In this document: positions 62,166 through 64,000 of the stretch, piece after piece
Position numbering within the stretch: position 1 is the stretch's first letter
Layout: every line of letters starts with the position of its first letter
Origin: the human T2T-CHM13v2.0 reference genome, Homo sapiens
Length of the DNA stretch: 64,000 bases
Assembly (NCBI RefSeq): GCF_009914755.1
Contig: NC_060926.1
Reading direction: 5' to 3' (one strand)
Translations under genes and position numbers: made by a program
Notes under the pieces: generated by a model
What the model saw: the letters and a program-made list of their open reading frames with translations, nothing else
Told to the model about the DNA's origin: nothing
Database searches by the model: none

Positions 62166-62589
62166 ACCTCCTATTTTTCTTATTGAGAATGGCAGGTTTT
62201 TTCTTTTACTCATCTGGCTGAATAAGAGAGAACAGTTTATTTTTGTTTTTAATTGATTTAACTCATTATAGCAAAGACTAATCATAAGTACTAGCAGAAT
62301 AACAGAAGCTTAATTTCTGCTACTCAGAGTTACATTTGTATATTTTTATGCCTATCAAGGATTGGAGGCTTCTTAGAAGTGTATACTGCTCCTTCTCTCC
62401 CCATGTCTATTAATTCATTCTATTTCATTCAGAAAATCCTTATAGGAACTATTCTAGAAACTAAGTATAGCAGTGAACAAACAGATAAAGTCCTACCCTC
62501 ATGGGGCTTCCATCCAATACAATAACATATAAGGATATAAATAAAAATTAGATCCAGGGAAACTATAGTTAGTGCAAGAAAGTAAGGAC

Positions 62590-62712
62590 AATAAATTATA
62601 TTCATTTTTTAGAAATAACCCTTTAAAAATGTAAAAAATCATACTTAACTTGCAGACCACACAAAAACACCCATGGGTTGCATATGGCCTGTGAATCATT
62701 GTTAAACCCTGA
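62590..62712. mobile_element. MER58B-like hAT fragment
   Basis: ccctttaaaaatgtaaaaaatcatacttaacttgcagaccacacaaaaac..tatggcctgtg..aaccctg. Confidence 0.6.
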
Positions 62713-64000
62713 GGTATAACATTAACACATATACACAATCACTCAGCCCCTCATTTTCCCTTTTGGTCCCTAAGTAAAGTTGGTTAGTGGATGACAACCA
62801 CAACTACATTTCATTATATATTAAGTTTTTAAAAGACAAGATACAGTTATGTAAATACCTATGCTTAGGTGGCAATCTAAAACTTATTTATATGTGTTTC
62901 TTTGATTGAAAACTTTTGCTTTTTAATGCCAATGCTAATATTCTTCAAGTAAAGATAAAAGGTCTAAATAGAATTCTGAAACATTTAACAGGAGTACAAT
63001 AATCCTTTACTAGAAAGAATTAGAAAAGCACTGCAGGCATATAACAATATCAATCATCTCATAGGCAGTCACAAACTAGAGATAAGTGAAAGGGGTCTCT
63101 AGTATAAATAGCTGCCATAAAGCATATTTGCTCCTTTGGTGATGTTTCACAAGTTTTAATTCAGGAATCATTTGATTTATGTTAGTAATGTAATACCTAC
63201 ATATGTGTGTATATGTGTGAATATTTATCTACCTATTTCTCTAAAAGACTTCTGATTACCTACAAGTGAGATAAGGTTACTTATACAAATAAATAACAAA
63301 GAGTAATGTTTTACAATGAGTGAGCAAATATTAAAAGCAGAAACAAGAATTATTTGTTCTGCTAGTAACGGAAACAGAAAAAACATCTGCCTCTTTGGGA
63401 CATACACACTTTAATGGTTGTAGATGGCAACACAATACTGAAATATGATATGCATTGTAATCATAAACATATGGCATTTTAGGAAAAAGGAAAATCAATA
63501 ATTTTTTAAGAAGAGATCCAAAAAGATTCTTTAGAAATCTTAGTTTTGCTACTTGAAAAAGAACGTAAGATTTAGTTACATACATTTCTGAAGAACACAG
63601 CATCTCTTAACAAAGAAGTTGTTATTGTCTATAAAATTTACAGAACTTAACCTATTAAATTTTCCTATAACATCAATACTTTGGTTACATAGGAGAACAG
63701 TTCAAATCAAACCTGTTTATGCCACAGCAAGAAAAAATATCTAGTGTTAATAGTTACAGTTTATGTCAAATTTGTAGTTTTGGACAATAAGAAAACAAGA
63801 TACAATTTCATTCTTCTCACTATAAGGTTCTAATATTATTTTTCTGGTTATATAACTATTTTCCAAAGTCATAACTCTATAAACTTCTTCAATCAGGAAA
63901 TAGAGAGTAAAGGAAATTTCTCAAAGCAGTATTCAGTTTCACTGTCCTAAAATCAACAGAAAAAGATGTTTTCTTTAAAAAGAATTGTGACCAACATATA

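Overview
Primate (very likely human chr2q31) genomic DNA, heavily repeat-laden. The right part holds the 3' end of ATF2 on the minus strand: three coding exons (basic region, leucine zipper, C-terminus) and a ~2.35 kb 3'UTR. The left ~39 kb looks intergenic, with a processed RPL21 pseudogene, a SATR-type satellite and many L1, Alu, LTR and DNA-transposon copies. The main discovery lies in the small non-repeat islands of that intergenic region. On the + strand they read, in the correct order and often with surviving splice sites, as heavily decayed exons resembling a metazoan chitin synthase (traces of CATMWH, IFxDAF, PYGG..HLK, KKRW..LGYK, LDGD, CGRIHP, LQKA.EH.LG, EDR..C.LL.Q.GWRV.Y, QRRR|W and YS...N...VSWGTRE). 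This points to a unitary chitin-synthase pseudogene lying tail-to-tail with ATF2. That call rests on by-eye translation with frameshifts against recalled consensus motifs and needs a tBLASTn/GeneWise check. Repeat subfamily names and boundaries are approximate.
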